A stretch of 64,000 nt of DNA from an uncultured Nitrospirales bacterium. GTDB lineage: Bacteria > Hydrogenedentota > Hydrogenedentia > Hydrogenedentales > SCBR16-9. The DNA lies in NCBI GenBank assembly GCA_964537975.1, contig CAZIDP010000003.1:74182-138181 (forward strand). Reading direction: 5' to 3'. The translations under genes and the position numbers were made by a program. The notes beneath the pieces are model-generated. The model saw nothing but the letters and a program-made list of their open reading frames with translations, was not told where the DNA came from and did no database searches. Positions 1 through 10,521 of the stretch are shown here, piece by piece (position 1 is the first letter of the stretch; each line of letters begins with the position of its first letter).

Positions 1-650
1 ATCGCTGCAATAACGATATCAGCTTCCTTTATTATGGATGCTATCTTCTTGGTACGAGAGTGACAGATTGTCACTGTAGCATCAGCGCCCGGCCCTTTTT
101 GCATGAGTAATGCAGCCATTGGTTTACCAACTATATTGGAACGGCCTACGATGACGACGTGTTTGCCTGATGGATTTATTCCACTTCGAATCAGCATCTC
201 CTGGCAACCTTTAGGGGTACACGGAACGAAAGCAGGTTCACCTATCAGTAATTTTCCCATATTAACCGGGTGAAATCCGTCTACATCCTTGTCAGGATTT
301 ATGGCAAGCAGAACTTTATTGGCATCTATATGGTTTGGCAGTGGCATCTGTACCAAAATACCATGAACCTTGGGATCATCATTCAGCTTGGCTATTAAAT
401 TCAGTAGCCGGCGTTCTGTACAATTGATGGGTAGATCGTGGGAAAATGAATTATAACCCAATTCTTCACAAGTTTTGCGTTTGTTTCGTACATAAACATG
501 GCTTGCCGGATTGTCCCCCACCAATACAACAGCCAGCCCCGGAGTTATTTTTTGTGCTTTAAGTGCTTCCACTCCAACCATAATTTCTTCTCGAATTATA
601 CCAGAAAGCACTTTACCGTCAATTATTTTTGCTGATTTTGTTTTTGTCAT
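1..650 (-). CDS. folD: Bifunctional methylenetetrahydrofolate dehydrogenase/cyclohydrolase FolD (3' end beyond window start; start codon at 648-650)
   Basis: Reverse-strand translation begins MTKTKSAKIIDGKVLSGIIREE...GVEALKAQKITPGLAVVLVGDNPASHVYV and continues through ...VGRSNIVGKPMAALL. This is the typical FolD NAD(P)-binding and catalytic architecture. The ORF runs off the window edge, so it is absent from the ORF track. Confidence 0.8.
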   Translation of the reverse strand, partial: MTKTKSAKIIDGKVLSGIIREEIMVGVEALKAQKITPGLAVVLVGDNPASHVYVRNKRKTCEELGYNSFSHDLPINCTERRLLNLIAKLNDDPKVHGILVQMPLPNHIDANKVLLAINPDKDVDGFHPVNMGKLLIGEPAFVPCTPKGCQEMLIRSGINPSGKHVVIVGRSNIVGKPMAALLMQKGPGADATVTICHSRTKKIASIIKEADIVIAA

Positions 651-900
651 ATTCGATGGAGATGTCCTGATAGTTAATACTGATAATAGATAGAAAGCGC
701 ACTTTGATAATAAAAAATAAGCCTATGGAGGGCGATGTGCTTATAATCAAGTCGGGATTTATATTGTCTCCCTACCGTGTCTATTCTACTTAATATAAGC
801 GATTTGGAGCAAATGAGAAATAAAAAACGTCGTACCCACAGGGACGACGTCAATTAATTACAATGCACTATGTAAAAAAACTAATATGTAGTATATACGG

Positions 901-1626
901 TTATGGAATTGATGGGGTAGCAGGGGAGGGGGGACTTTCTGTATCAAGACGAAAGTTTTCCGGGCTTAAACTCGGGTTCAATTCTATGTTATAAAAACGA
1001 ATATTACCTATACTTTTTAATTTGCCTTCTTCATGCATGGTAATGAGCCTTGTAACACCTAACTTTTTATCAATGTGAATCAAAGCACTTGAGAATTGGG
1101 TATCTGCTTTGACTTTGGGTTTGGCTTCGATGACATAAACAGCATGACCATCTATTTCACTATCGTCCATCAATAGTAAATCTGTTTCCCGTTTTAAAGC
1201 GCTCAACAAGTCTTCACCTCCTGGCGGGACTGTACCTTGTGATAGTTCAGCATTTTGTCGCATAACATTACGTATACCCATCATTTCACTGATAATGACG
1301 GTTTCTCGTCCGTCAGAGATTACAGTCATGTCCACCTCCATCTCTATTGGTTCAGGAGCGCTTAAAGTAAAAGCCTGCCTGAATTTGCCCCCATCATCGC
1401 CCTTCATATACTCCATCTTCCCCTCACCTGAAACGGGTATCTGAATGTCCTGCATAGGAATACTGGCCTCAATCCGGAGGTCGGAGCGTATACTGTTGTA
1501 TTCATTAAACGAATCACGAATGACCTTTTCAACTTCTTCGAGACTCGATGCTTGTGCGGTAAATGTGAACAAAAGCGATACGGAGCATAGCAACAAGCGT
1601 TTTCTGGTCATACTTTTCAACATCAT
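901..1626 (-). CDS. Secreted hypothetical protein, possibly LolA-like lipoprotein-sorting fold
   Basis: 241 aa with an N-terminal signal peptide (MMLKSMTRKRLLLCSVSLLFTFTAQA) and a Pro/Ser-rich C-terminus. The LolA-like assignment is by pattern only. Confidence 0.4.
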   Translation of the reverse strand: MMLKSMTRKRLLLCSVSLLFTFTAQASSLEEVEKVIRDSFNEYNSIRSDLRIEASIPMQDIQIPVSGEGKMEYMKGDDGGKFRQAFTLSAPEPIEMEVDMTVISDGRETVIISEMMGIRNVMRQNAELSQGTVPPGGEDLLSALKRETDLLLMDDSEIDGHAVYVIEAKPKVKADTQFSSALIHIDKKLGVTRLITMHEEGKLKSIGNIRFYNIELNPSLSPENFRLDTESPPSPATPSIP

Positions 1627-1670
1627 ATAAAATATCCTCTCTTAATTTATGTTTTGTCAGTGGCCTGGTG

Positions 1671-2606
1671 TTAAATCACAGCTTCCTGTTTATTCGACGA
1701 CTTCGATTCAATCCGAATTGAGCTCAGGTAGATACCCTGAGTAGTTATACGTATTACATCATTGTTGACTTCAAAAGAACCATCTATAGTTTCTGTATGC
1801 TCATGATAATATTCAAAAAGATCACCAAAAGTGTACCCAAACATAACTATACCTTTGCTATCACTATTTAATAAATCAACGAGGACGTTGCTGTTCTTGA
1901 TCCCATCAGACCAGCGAAGTTCTGTTGGTGCCACAGAAGTATTGCCTATCACCAAAGTAGGAATTTCGGGATGTGATGTATGAGAAATATAGGGCAACGT
2001 TTCTGCCCATTGCCGTGCGCGATACCGAGCACCATGAGTATTTTGATTGGCATCTAGTTGAAATGTGAACAAATCAAGGAAAGCATCATTTCCTAAATCT
2101 AATCGTGCCATACCAACGCCGTTGCCCATCCACCAGTCCAGTTGGTGGAGGGAATACCAAGGTGTTCCTGCCCGATATCGATGAAATGTAGCACCAGAAA
2201 AAGGGTAAGCACTAAGTATATAAAGACCACTGCCAAATACACTGCTGGAGAAATACATCTGATGTTTAATTCGTGTGAATTCCAAGTCTTTTAGAAGACG
2301 TTCTCGGTCTGATGCCTGGCACATTTCCTGCAATATTATTATATCTGGATCGTGTATATTGATAATAGCACCAAGTGCACGCGACCGCCTGTAGGTGTCT
2401 TTCTCAACAAATGGTTTACCTTGAAAATTCAAGGCCATTATTTTAAGGTTTATCGATAATTCATCGTCAATATTTATAGAGGTGTAGTGTTTATTGGGCA
2501 TCTCATGTTTTTCGACATGACGATATGCAAATGTCAGCACAATTATTAAAACAATACATGCAGCAAGAAAAGTTATCTTAATTATAAGCTTCAATCGGTT
2601 GAACAC
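1671..2606 (-). CDS. Membrane-anchored endonuclease/exonuclease/phosphatase (EEP) family protein, sphingomyelinase-like
   Basis: N-terminal TM helix followed by EEP-type motifs (DIIILQE..., ...GNTSVAPTELRWSDG...). Confidence 0.55.
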   Translation of the reverse strand: MFNRLKLIIKITFLAACIVLIIVLTFAYRHVEKHEMPNKHYTSINIDDELSINLKIMALNFQGKPFVEKDTYRRSRALGAIINIHDPDIIILQEMCQASDRERLLKDLEFTRIKHQMYFSSSVFGSGLYILSAYPFSGATFHRYRAGTPWYSLHQLDWWMGNGVGMARLDLGNDAFLDLFTFQLDANQNTHGARYRARQWAETLPYISHTSHPEIPTLVIGNTSVAPTELRWSDGIKNSNVLVDLLNSDSKGIVMFGYTFGDLFEYYHEHTETIDGSFEVNNDVIRITTQGIYLSSIRIESKSSNKQEAVI

Positions 2607-2626
2607 ATAAGTTACTCCAATTCATA

Positions 2627-5488
2627 TTAATATACTTTTTTTAAGCGAAGTTCCATCAATTCCGCCATGTGGATGGGGGATACATTGGTTAAATGTGCGA
2701 TTTGATGCCGGCAACTGGTACCCGATGCGACCACATACGTATTTTCACTCAAGGAGTTAATCATGGAAATAAGTGGTTGTGCTACCTTCACTGACAAATC
2801 GTATTTCTGTTCTAACAGGCCAAAAGAACCTGCCATCCCGCAACATCCGGTATCCAGGTACCGAACTGTATTTCCAGGTATGCGATTGGCCAGACGCACC
2901 ATGATGTCGCTGTTTATCAATGCCTTTGCATGGCAATGAACATGAATGGCGACATCTATAGTTTGATCATCAAACTCCAATGCATCTGGTTCTGCATCTA
3001 ATAACTGCTCCATATGCTGCTCAAACAATAACGCACGGTCTGCTATCTCTTGTGCACCTGGAAGCTTTAACTCGATATATTCTTGTTTGAACATCGAATA
3101 GCTCGAAGGCTCAAGAAAAATAATCGCAGCATCATTTTCTTTTAAAAGTTTTAAATTGTGTGCTCCCAGTTGACGCGCCAGATCCAGCCGCCCCATACTC
3201 ATTGCTGGCCGTCCACAGCAAACATGATTCTTTAGCCGCAGTACTTCATATCCAGCGGCCTCTAATATACGTGTTGCCGCCGCGCCAATTTCTGAATCAT
3301 AATATTGCACAAAAGTATCATCCCAGAGAATTACCGGACCTCGTTGTTTATTCGATACAACCAAGTTGGTTCTATGATCTTTGGGTTGTAACGCATATGC
3401 TTCATACCAATCTTCGAATGTGCATTGAGAAAAGGCAGGCAGTGGTCTTCGTGTCGTTATACCCATTGTATATTTCAACAATTTACGTAACCAATACCAT
3501 TCTTGAGCTGAATTTGCCCAGGACGGCTTCAATGAAGCAAGCCAACCTGCTATATCAACTCGGCTGAGTAATCTGGCACTTAATGGAACACCATATTTTC
3601 GTATTCTGGCAAATTGAAGTTCTGCTTTTAATAAGGACATATCTACATTAGAAGGGCATTCTGTTTTGCAAGCCTTGCATGACAAACAGTAATCCAGAGC
3701 TTTTTCCAATTCAGGTGCTCTTAGTGGATGCTTTCCACCCAGCCGACCATCCAATACGGCACGAATGATATTGGCACGTCCTCTTGTTGACATGAGATCG
3801 TCGCCTGTGGCGATATAGGTTGGGCACATAGCGGGCGTAAGTTTTCGGCAAGCACCATTACCATTGCACTGTTCAAGATTTGCTACAAACGATCCATCAC
3901 GGTGTGCAAATGCGAGGACAGGCTCAAATGGCAATGCAACACGATAATTTGCACCAAGTCGTAAGTTTGTGTCAATTTGAAATCGTCCGTCGGAAAAAAT
4001 TTTACCGGGATTCAGTAAGTTTTTAGGGTCCAGCAATGCTTTAAGATGCCGCATTGTCTCCAATAACTCAGCACCAAGCTGATACTCCATGAATTCGGTA
4101 CGTGCAATCCCAACCCCATGTTCTGCTGCTAATGCCCCTTTAAACTCTCTGGTTAATTCTGAAACACCTTCCGCCAATATACGAAATTTTTTGATATCTT
4201 CTGACTTGTGCAAGTCCAGTACTGGGCGTACATGAAGCAATCCCGACGCAGCATGACCATAAAAAGAAGCTTGTAATCCCATTGGCTCCAACAGGCTATA
4301 CAATCCTGCTACATATTCAGGTAAGCGGGTGGGAGGTACCGCGACATCTTCTATACCGGCGGTGGGCTTTGCGTCTCCTTTTCGACTGGTAAGCAACGAG
4401 AGACCTTGCTTGCGCAGGTTCAATACTATTGCCATATCGGGCGGATTTTCGAGAATGAGTTTGCGTTGGCCAATCGCTTTTCCATTCAATGCAGCCAGTT
4501 TATCTCTGACATCATCATAAAATTCAACAATCAAAATGGATTTGCAGGGAAGTTCATCAAGCAGCAGTAAATCACGAGCTGCTTTAAATGCCAATTGACC
4601 GCGTGTCTGGTCGAACAAAACATCATCAATGTGCTCTATAGCTGCTGGATGGAGATCGAGCAGCTCAACAGTAGCCTGCATGGCTTCTTCCACAGAATTG
4701 AAAAAAATTAATCCCATACCTTTTTCATGAGGTAACGGTACCAGGTTTAATTCTGCCGAGAAAACTGCTCCGAGGGTGCCTTCACTACCTCCAAAGAGGT
4801 TTGCCAGATTTTTTTTTCCATTTCTAACATATCGATCCAAACCGAATCCCGGCCAGCGTTTTATAACCTCGTTGTGAAGTTGGGTCTTTATAATGGAATC
4901 AACATGGTTGATCAGTTCATCAATCCGAACTTTTAAATCAAGTAATCCGCTTTTATCTTCACCGACTTCTACGATTTGACTGCTGGGTAAAATTACTTCC
5001 AAGCTGCGAACATGGTCCCCTGTAACACCGTATAATGGTGTGCGTGCCCCAGATGAATTATTGGCAATCATACCACCCAGAGTTGCGCGTGAACTGGTTG
5101 CCACATCTGGACCAAATGCAAGTCCATGAGGTGCCAGAAAGGAATTCAGTTGATCCAGAACTACACCGGCACCCACGCGGACGGTGCGGGCTTCCAAGTT
5201 TAAATCGCTGATTTTACTGTTGTGGCGTGCCATATCAATAATCAGTCCTTCACCCAGCGCGCCACCAGCCAATCCTGTACCAGCGCCACGGGGCACGATG
5301 TCTACATTTTCATTCAATGCGGCACGTATAACATCTGATGTTTCAAAGCTGGTTTTTGGGAATGCAACACCCAGAGGAATTAATTGATAAATCGACGCAT
5401 CTGTGGCATACAATTGCCGTGTAAGGTCATCAAAATGTATATCACACGAAGTTGCGAGGCTCAAGCGGTGGGTATTGGCGGTATTCAT
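2627..5488 (-). CDS. FAD-binding oxidase fused to Fe-S/CCG-domain oxidoreductase (YdiJ-like; GlcD-GlcF-type fusion)
   Basis: 953 aa. The N-terminus has the FAD-linked oxidase domain (VPRGAGTGLAGGA). The middle has a 4Fe-4S Cys cluster (CLSCKACKTECP). The C-terminus has cysteine-rich CCG domains. Confidence 0.75.
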   Translation of the reverse strand: MNTANTHRLSLATSCDIHFDDLTRQLYATDASIYQLIPLGVAFPKTSFETSDVIRAALNENVDIVPRGAGTGLAGGALGEGLIIDMARHNSKISDLNLEARTVRVGAGVVLDQLNSFLAPHGLAFGPDVATSSRATLGGMIANNSSGARTPLYGVTGDHVRSLEVILPSSQIVEVGEDKSGLLDLKVRIDELINHVDSIIKTQLHNEVIKRWPGFGLDRYVRNGKKNLANLFGGSEGTLGAVFSAELNLVPLPHEKGMGLIFFNSVEEAMQATVELLDLHPAAIEHIDDVLFDQTRGQLAFKAARDLLLLDELPCKSILIVEFYDDVRDKLAALNGKAIGQRKLILENPPDMAIVLNLRKQGLSLLTSRKGDAKPTAGIEDVAVPPTRLPEYVAGLYSLLEPMGLQASFYGHAASGLLHVRPVLDLHKSEDIKKFRILAEGVSELTREFKGALAAEHGVGIARTEFMEYQLGAELLETMRHLKALLDPKNLLNPGKIFSDGRFQIDTNLRLGANYRVALPFEPVLAFAHRDGSFVANLEQCNGNGACRKLTPAMCPTYIATGDDLMSTRGRANIIRAVLDGRLGGKHPLRAPELEKALDYCLSCKACKTECPSNVDMSLLKAELQFARIRKYGVPLSARLLSRVDIAGWLASLKPSWANSAQEWYWLRKLLKYTMGITTRRPLPAFSQCTFEDWYEAYALQPKDHRTNLVVSNKQRGPVILWDDTFVQYYDSEIGAAATRILEAAGYEVLRLKNHVCCGRPAMSMGRLDLARQLGAHNLKLLKENDAAIIFLEPSSYSMFKQEYIELKLPGAQEIADRALLFEQHMEQLLDAEPDALEFDDQTIDVAIHVHCHAKALINSDIMVRLANRIPGNTVRYLDTGCCGMAGSFGLLEQKYDLSVKVAQPLISMINSLSENTYVVASGTSCRHQIAHLTNVSPIHMAELMELRLKKVY

Positions 5489-5602
5489 GCCCTGATTTTC
5501 CTATTACTGCGGTCATATACTAAGAAGACAGGATTGAAAGTGTACAATAAACAGTTCACTTTCAGATAATAATTGGAGCATGAGATGCTGGCAAAATGGA
5601 AA

Positions 5603-6547
5603 TCAGGCAACTTCAACGGGTAAACGAAAATGAACATCTTCCATCACCAATTCACGTTCTTCAACGTTACATTCAGCAATGCTTCGCAAAAATTCAATAA
5701 CATTTTTTACCAGACGTTCAGGTACCGATGCTCCGGAACTTATCAGTATGCGTTCAACACCATTTAACCAGACAATATCGATTGATGCTGCATCTGGAAT
5801 TAGATAGGATGGTTTACCTTTCGCGCGTGCTATATCTGCGAGCCGGGTGGAATTTGCACTTTCAGGATCACCCACGATCAATACCAGATCAACTTCAGGT
5901 GCAATAGCATTGACTGCTGCCTGACGATTCGTTGTAGCATAACAAATATCAGCGCGGGGAGGACCTTGTATGTCAGGAAATTTTTTCTTCAATGCTTGTA
6001 TAATCGTTTCACAATCATCGACACTCAAAGTGGTTTGTGTTATGTAACTTATACTCTTTGATTCCGGAACTTTCAGTGTTTCTACTTCTTCCTTGTTCTG
6101 GATGAGGATGATGTGTTCTGGTGCCCAGCCCATCGTACCCACCGTTTCGTCGTGACCTGCTTCTCCTATCAAGATAATGGTATGGTCTTTGGAAGCAAAC
6201 CGTCGCGCTTCATGGTGTACCTTTTCAACCAATGGGCAGGTTGCGTCAATGATGTCCAGATTCAGACGTTTTGCGTGTTCCCAGCGTTCTGGGCCAACTC
6301 CATGGGCACTGAACAACAAATGAGCACCTTCAGGGACATCGTTCATGTTGTGAACAAATACAGCCCCTTTTTCTCGTAATTCATTTACTACATATGCGTT
6401 ATGTACAATATTATTCAGTACATAAACTGGAGCTCCATACAATTCAAGGGCACGTTCCACACATTTTATCGCGCGCTCGACACCTGCACAAAAACCGCGT
6501 GGTTTCGCTACAATGATATCCAAGGTACGTGGGAGTGTGTTTGTCAT
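5603..6547 (-). CDS. ispH: 4-hydroxy-3-methylbut-2-enyl diphosphate reductase
   Basis: 314 aa. Characteristic LytB/IspH sequence with cluster-ligand cysteines (FCAGVERAI, ...DATCPLV...ICYATTNRQ). Confidence 0.9.
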   Translation of the reverse strand: MTNTLPRTLDIIVAKPRGFCAGVERAIKCVERALELYGAPVYVLNNIVHNAYVVNELREKGAVFVHNMNDVPEGAHLLFSAHGVGPERWEHAKRLNLDIIDATCPLVEKVHHEARRFASKDHTIILIGEAGHDETVGTMGWAPEHIILIQNKEEVETLKVPESKSISYITQTTLSVDDCETIIQALKKKFPDIQGPPRADICYATTNRQAAVNAIAPEVDLVLIVGDPESANSTRLADIARAKGKPSYLIPDAASIDIVWLNGVERILISSGASVPERLVKNVIEFLRSIAECNVEERELVMEDVHFRLPVEVA

Positions 6548-6661
6548 GTCTTTGAAAATTACCTTTTGTGCCGTTGATTAGTTTGAATGTTTATCTTTCA
6601 TAATCTTATCATTTTATCGTATGTTGTAGCCAATTTACAGGATGTTTTCTAGTTGAAATCA

Positions 6662-6694
6662 GAAAAAAGCCCGCTTTTCATTAGAAAAGCAGGC
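6662..6694 (-). terminator. Rho-independent terminator downstream of the DUF1559 gene
   Basis: On the minus-strand RNA, GCCUGCUUUUC-UAAU-GAAAAGCGGGC forms a stem (10/11 bp) followed by UUUUUUC. It lies about 85 nt after the stop at 6782. Confidence 0.4.
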
Positions 6695-6781
6695 TTGACT
6701 GTTATCGGGCTTCAAAAGTTGATTTTTGAGTTTACTTTTGTCTCAGCTTAATTTATAGGGAAACAATATGGTTGGTAGTTA

Positions 6782-7864
6782 TCAACCCCAGCCACCGACA
6801 AGCTGCATCCAGTTGCCAACATGTCCACCACGGCCCAATGCTCTTGGGTCTGAATTGCTAGCATCCAAAACGGTCACCGGATACTTTGAACCGTACCGTA
6901 CAAATTCTACATGGCCATCAAGATACAGGACATTGCTGCCTCCGGGAATATGGTTGAAGCGCAATGTGCCTTGATCTGCGCCGGTATAACCTGAATGCTG
7001 ATCGGTGGAATTCCCCCAGGCATCCCACATCATGGCGATGCTGGAAGCTGCTGCTGCTGCTGCACCCGGGTTGTTGATGTCGGTAATCATGAATCTTTCT
7101 ACACCATCTCGCAAGCGCGGTGCCGACATGGGAAGTGCGCTACCATCATCATCGGTGTAGGTGTCAATGAATGCATTACCATGATGGTGGGTAAAATGTG
7201 ACTGCGTTATGTCAAAATCGGGACGTTTTCCAAATTTGCGAATATTTTGCCAGACACTGGGGCAATTTCGCTCTTGAAGTGCAGGCTGGGAATAGGTTGT
7301 ATAGGGCTGACCATCCGGATGGTTTTGAAGTACGCCCATGGTATGGAACAATTGCATCAATGTGCTCATGCTGTTTTGCAGGTATCCCATATAGATGTAG
7401 GAAGTGGGATTCGACAACAAGGCAGCGCGACATGCCTTTGAAATTTCATCATCTCCTATGACATTTTGCACTTGCGCTTGCCAGTCTTCGGCTATTCCTG
7501 TAGGTAATCCATTTGGGCCTGAGCTGTCATCACGCGAATCAGAAGGGCAGATAGCGATGTTGATATCATTCCAGTAATCTGGGTACAAGGCTTCACCGGC
7601 TATGGCACCGCCGTTCCAATGGGCTGAGTTAATGAACCAGCGACCATTTGGTGGATACATTCCTTTGGATTCATTCGAATACATCTTGAATATAATTCCA
7701 AATTGCTTCAGATTGTTGGCACAAGAAGCACGACGGGCTGCTTCACGGGCTCTTGCTAGTGCAGGAAGCAGGATTGCTGCTAATATGCCGATGATGGCAA
7801 TCACCACCAGCAATTCAATCAAGGTGAAACCTGCTTTCTTTTTGTTGTTTCTCAACATAATCAA
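6782..7864 (-). CDS. Prepilin-type N-terminal cleavage/methylation domain protein with DUF1559 (H-X9-DG) domain
   Basis: N-terminus [28 protein letters not shown] is the classic type IV pilin-like leader. The rest is typical of the DUF1559 family that is hugely expanded in Planctomycetota and relatives. Confidence 0.8.
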   Translation of the reverse strand: MIMLRNNKKKAGFTLIELLVVIAIIGILAAILLPALARAREAARRASCANNLKQFGIIFKMYSNESKGMYPPNGRWFINSAHWNGGAIAGEALYPDYWNDINIAICPSDSRDDSSGPNGLPTGIAEDWQAQVQNVIGDDEISKACRAALLSNPTSYIYMGYLQNSMSTLMQLFHTMGVLQNHPDGQPYTTYSQPALQERNCPSVWQNIRKFGKRPDFDITQSHFTHHHGNAFIDTYTDDDGSALPMSAPRLRDGVERFMITDINNPGAAAAAASSIAMMWDAWGNSTDQHSGYTGADQGTLRFNHIPGGSNVLYLDGHVEFVRYGSKYPVTVLDASNSDPRALGRGGHVGNWMQLVGGWG

Positions 7865-8107
7865 TTCTCCTGTTTTTTAAAAAGATTAACACAACTTAAA
7901 AATTAATCTTAAACTACTATTATGGCAATAAAAAGACGTTGTCGAAAACTATGTTCGCATAAAGTTTATTATTACCATTTCGAGTTAAAATCGCCATATT
8001 AGCTTATTTAAGATCATTATTAATTGAACAATAACACATCTGAGTGGAAAAGGCTTGAACTTTTGTGTAAATTATATAGAACGATTGTGCAACCAGAGAG
8101 ATACCCC

Positions 8108-9139
8108 ATGAACATGGATTTTGATAATTACGAAGTTGTTACGCGTGAATCTGTAGGATTGGGCACGAAACGACCTTTTCGATTTTGCACCATGCATTAT
8201 GGTACGAAGCATATGCAATATGTCCAACCTGGTGATGATCCGAATCCAGTTGTAAATGACAAAACACGCAGCAGGCGTGCCCTGGAAGTGTTTGTGCCGT
8301 ATTCAATGGGGGTACCACCCCATCGACATGATTTTTACGAGTTGGTGCTTGTGCGGCAGGGTGAAACAGAACATTATTGCACGCATGGCAGCCAAATCCT
8401 GCGCCGTGGTGATGTGTTGATAATGACCCCCAAGACAATTCATGCTTATGACAAAATGTTGAACATTAAGAAAACCAACATATATGTTCAACCGGACTGG
8501 CTATTGGGAGATTTACAACTGTTATGGGGTGAAAAAGGTGTGTTGCGTTATCTGCTTGCCGATACTTTATTTGGAATTGGATTCCAGGACGATCATTTAC
8601 ACCTTAAATTGACCGAAGATGAAGTTAAAGCATGCGAACGTGAAATTTTGGATTTGCACCAGGAAGCCAAATCCAGAGAACCATCTATGGCATTGTTTAA
8701 TGCATGCTTTCTAAAAATACTCTGGATGTTTAACCAAGCATTTCTGCGATGCGAAGATAAAAATCCGATTTCTTCACTTCCATTGCGAAAAGAACTGTGG
8801 AGCGCAGTCGAATCAATTGAGTATGTTATTTTACATAATCAACCCTTCAATGCAGAAGATATTGCAAAAAGACTCGGCATGTCTCGATTCCGATTGCACC
8901 GTATGTTCAAGACTGAAGTTGGTGTATCACCGATGACATTTTATCAGCAGCGTCGCATTCAACACGCCCAACGAATGTTGGAAGAACCGGGGAGTAACGT
9001 TACCGAAGTCGCGTACCATTTTGGATACTCAGATGCAGCTCACTTCGGTAGGGTTTTTAAAAAAGTCATTGGGGAAACACCTGCTGCTTACCGATCACGA
9101 TTTTTCATTAAGTCTCGTACTGACAACATCATCGTATAA
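8108..9139 (+). CDS. AraC-family transcriptional regulator with N-terminal cupin domain
   Basis: C-terminal HTH_AraC signature (VAYHFGYSDAAHFGRVFKKVIGETPAAYR). The track ORF starts at TTG 8024. The internal ATG at 8108 (MNMDFDNYEV) is preferred, but the start is uncertain. Confidence 0.7.
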   Translation: MNMDFDNYEVVTRESVGLGTKRPFRFCTMHYGTKHMQYVQPGDDPNPVVNDKTRSRRALEVFVPYSMGVPPHRHDFYELVLVRQGETEHYCTHGSQILRRGDVLIMTPKTIHAYDKMLNIKKTNIYVQPDWLLGDLQLLWGEKGVLRYLLADTLFGIGFQDDHLHLKLTEDEVKACEREILDLHQEAKSREPSMALFNACFLKILWMFNQAFLRCEDKNPISSLPLRKELWSAVESIEYVILHNQPFNAEDIAKRLGMSRFRLHRMFKTEVGVSPMTFYQQRRIQHAQRMLEEPGSNVTEVAYHFGYSDAAHFGRVFKKVIGETPAAYRSRFFIKSRTDNIIV

Positions 9140-9466
9140 ATTCTAATTTCAAGTATTATATCTGCTATAACTACTCACCTGTTTAATATCATTTCAATTA
9201 TAATACGGATTATATAAATAAAAATTTATTAATTTGTGTGCTGTTTTCATTATGTGTAGTTTTTTTCTTTTTTTGATAAATGTTATAAATATCCTATATA
9301 TTAAAGATATTCAGATAAATATTAATCTACGTATCAAAATTAATTTTTTTGCTTGACTTTACAAGTAAACCATGACAGAATAATCAATGTGATAAGACAT
9401 TTAATTCTGTTTTACTTGCATTGTTTAATTGTCGAGGTTGGAGCCATAAAATAGGAGCTGAACATC

Positions 9467-10405
9467 ATGAAGGTCAAAGTTTTATCTGAATTTGTGCTGG
9501 TAATAGCTGTAATGCTTATATTTGCTGCAGCCGCTGGCGCACAGAATCTGGTTGTTAATGGTAGCTTTGAAGCAGACCCATTTCCTGGTGAAGTTGGTTA
9601 TTTTCCAATTGAGCAGTTGGAGTGTACTGGGTGGACAAAGGGAGGTGATGGACGTTGGGGTATCAACAGAAGTGCTGATCCGTGGTTCATATCGAGTATG
9701 AACGCTCCAGACGGCAATCAAGTATTGTTTGTGCAAAAGAACACAGGTACTGATGGTGCCACAGTTTCACAGACCATTGCGGGGATGGAAGACGGACACC
9801 GTTACGTATTGAGTTTTTATTTAAATGTTCGGTTAGGGTCTGCAACACGACCGGATTTAATGGATATCTGGGTAACTTTGGGTGATGTCGAAATGATGCC
9901 ATTAACCCGCTTTCAATATAATTCCACAGAATATTACTATTTATCATTTCCCTTTGTCTATACTGAAGCTGAGTTTGGTGAACCAGTATTGACATTTCAT
10001 AATTCTTATGAGCCTGGGGGAGATACTTCATACACTTTGGATGCCGTTTCGATTGTTCCAACTACGATAAATGCTAATATCAGTGGCCCATCTATTGCTG
10101 TCATCGGACAAAATGTTGCGTTGACCGTTGTTTCGGATGCGATAGGCGAAACGTCTTATACCTGGTATAAAGACGGCGTTGAGCTGGTAGGTGAGGCATT
10201 CAATACGCTAGAATTGATCAATATGAGTGCAGAAGATGCCGGAGTTTATTCTGTGACAGTAACAGATTCTACAGGAAGTCTGACGGTTGCTTTTACGCTG
10301 ATTGTTGTCGAAGCACTGCCACTGGGCAGTCAACTGGGCTTTTTGCTGGTAATTATCGCGGCCTCAATCTCGGGATTTGTATTATTGCGCCGCAGTGAAG
10401 CATAA
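9467..10405 (+). CDS. Secreted protein with N-terminal beta-sandwich (DUF642/CBM-like), Ig-like domain and PEP-CTERM-like hydrophobic tail
   Basis: Signal peptide is present. The NLVVNGSFE start is typical of DUF642/CBM-like domains. An I-set Ig-like motif is present (YTWYKDGVEL...EDAGVYSVTV). The C-terminus is LPLGSQLGFLLVIIAASISGFVLLRRSEA, a hydrophobic helix followed by RR. Confidence 0.5.
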   Translation: MKVKVLSEFVLVIAVMLIFAAAAGAQNLVVNGSFEADPFPGEVGYFPIEQLECTGWTKGGDGRWGINRSADPWFISSMNAPDGNQVLFVQKNTGTDGATVSQTIAGMEDGHRYVLSFYLNVRLGSATRPDLMDIWVTLGDVEMMPLTRFQYNSTEYYYLSFPFVYTEAEFGEPVLTFHNSYEPGGDTSYTLDAVSIVPTTINANISGPSIAVIGQNVALTVVSDAIGETSYTWYKDGVELVGEAFNTLELINMSAEDAGVYSVTVTDSTGSLTVAFTLIVVEALPLGSQLGFLLVIIAASISGFVLLRRSEA

Positions 10406-10521
10406 ATTTTGTGCCACTCTGGAACATGATAACCAGTGTAGCGTAAAACCATAGCTCATGATATTCAGTTCATGAATACAACCCATCTGTTGGACTAAAA
10501 CCAGCAGATGGGTTTTTAATA

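Noticed and set aside
3160-3567. 135-aa plus-strand ORF, plus similar antisense ORFs inside ydiJ-like, atpA, atpD, pheT and other long genes
   Set aside because: They are embedded antisense to long, well-supported CDSs. They have no independent family resemblance and are typical shadow ORFs.
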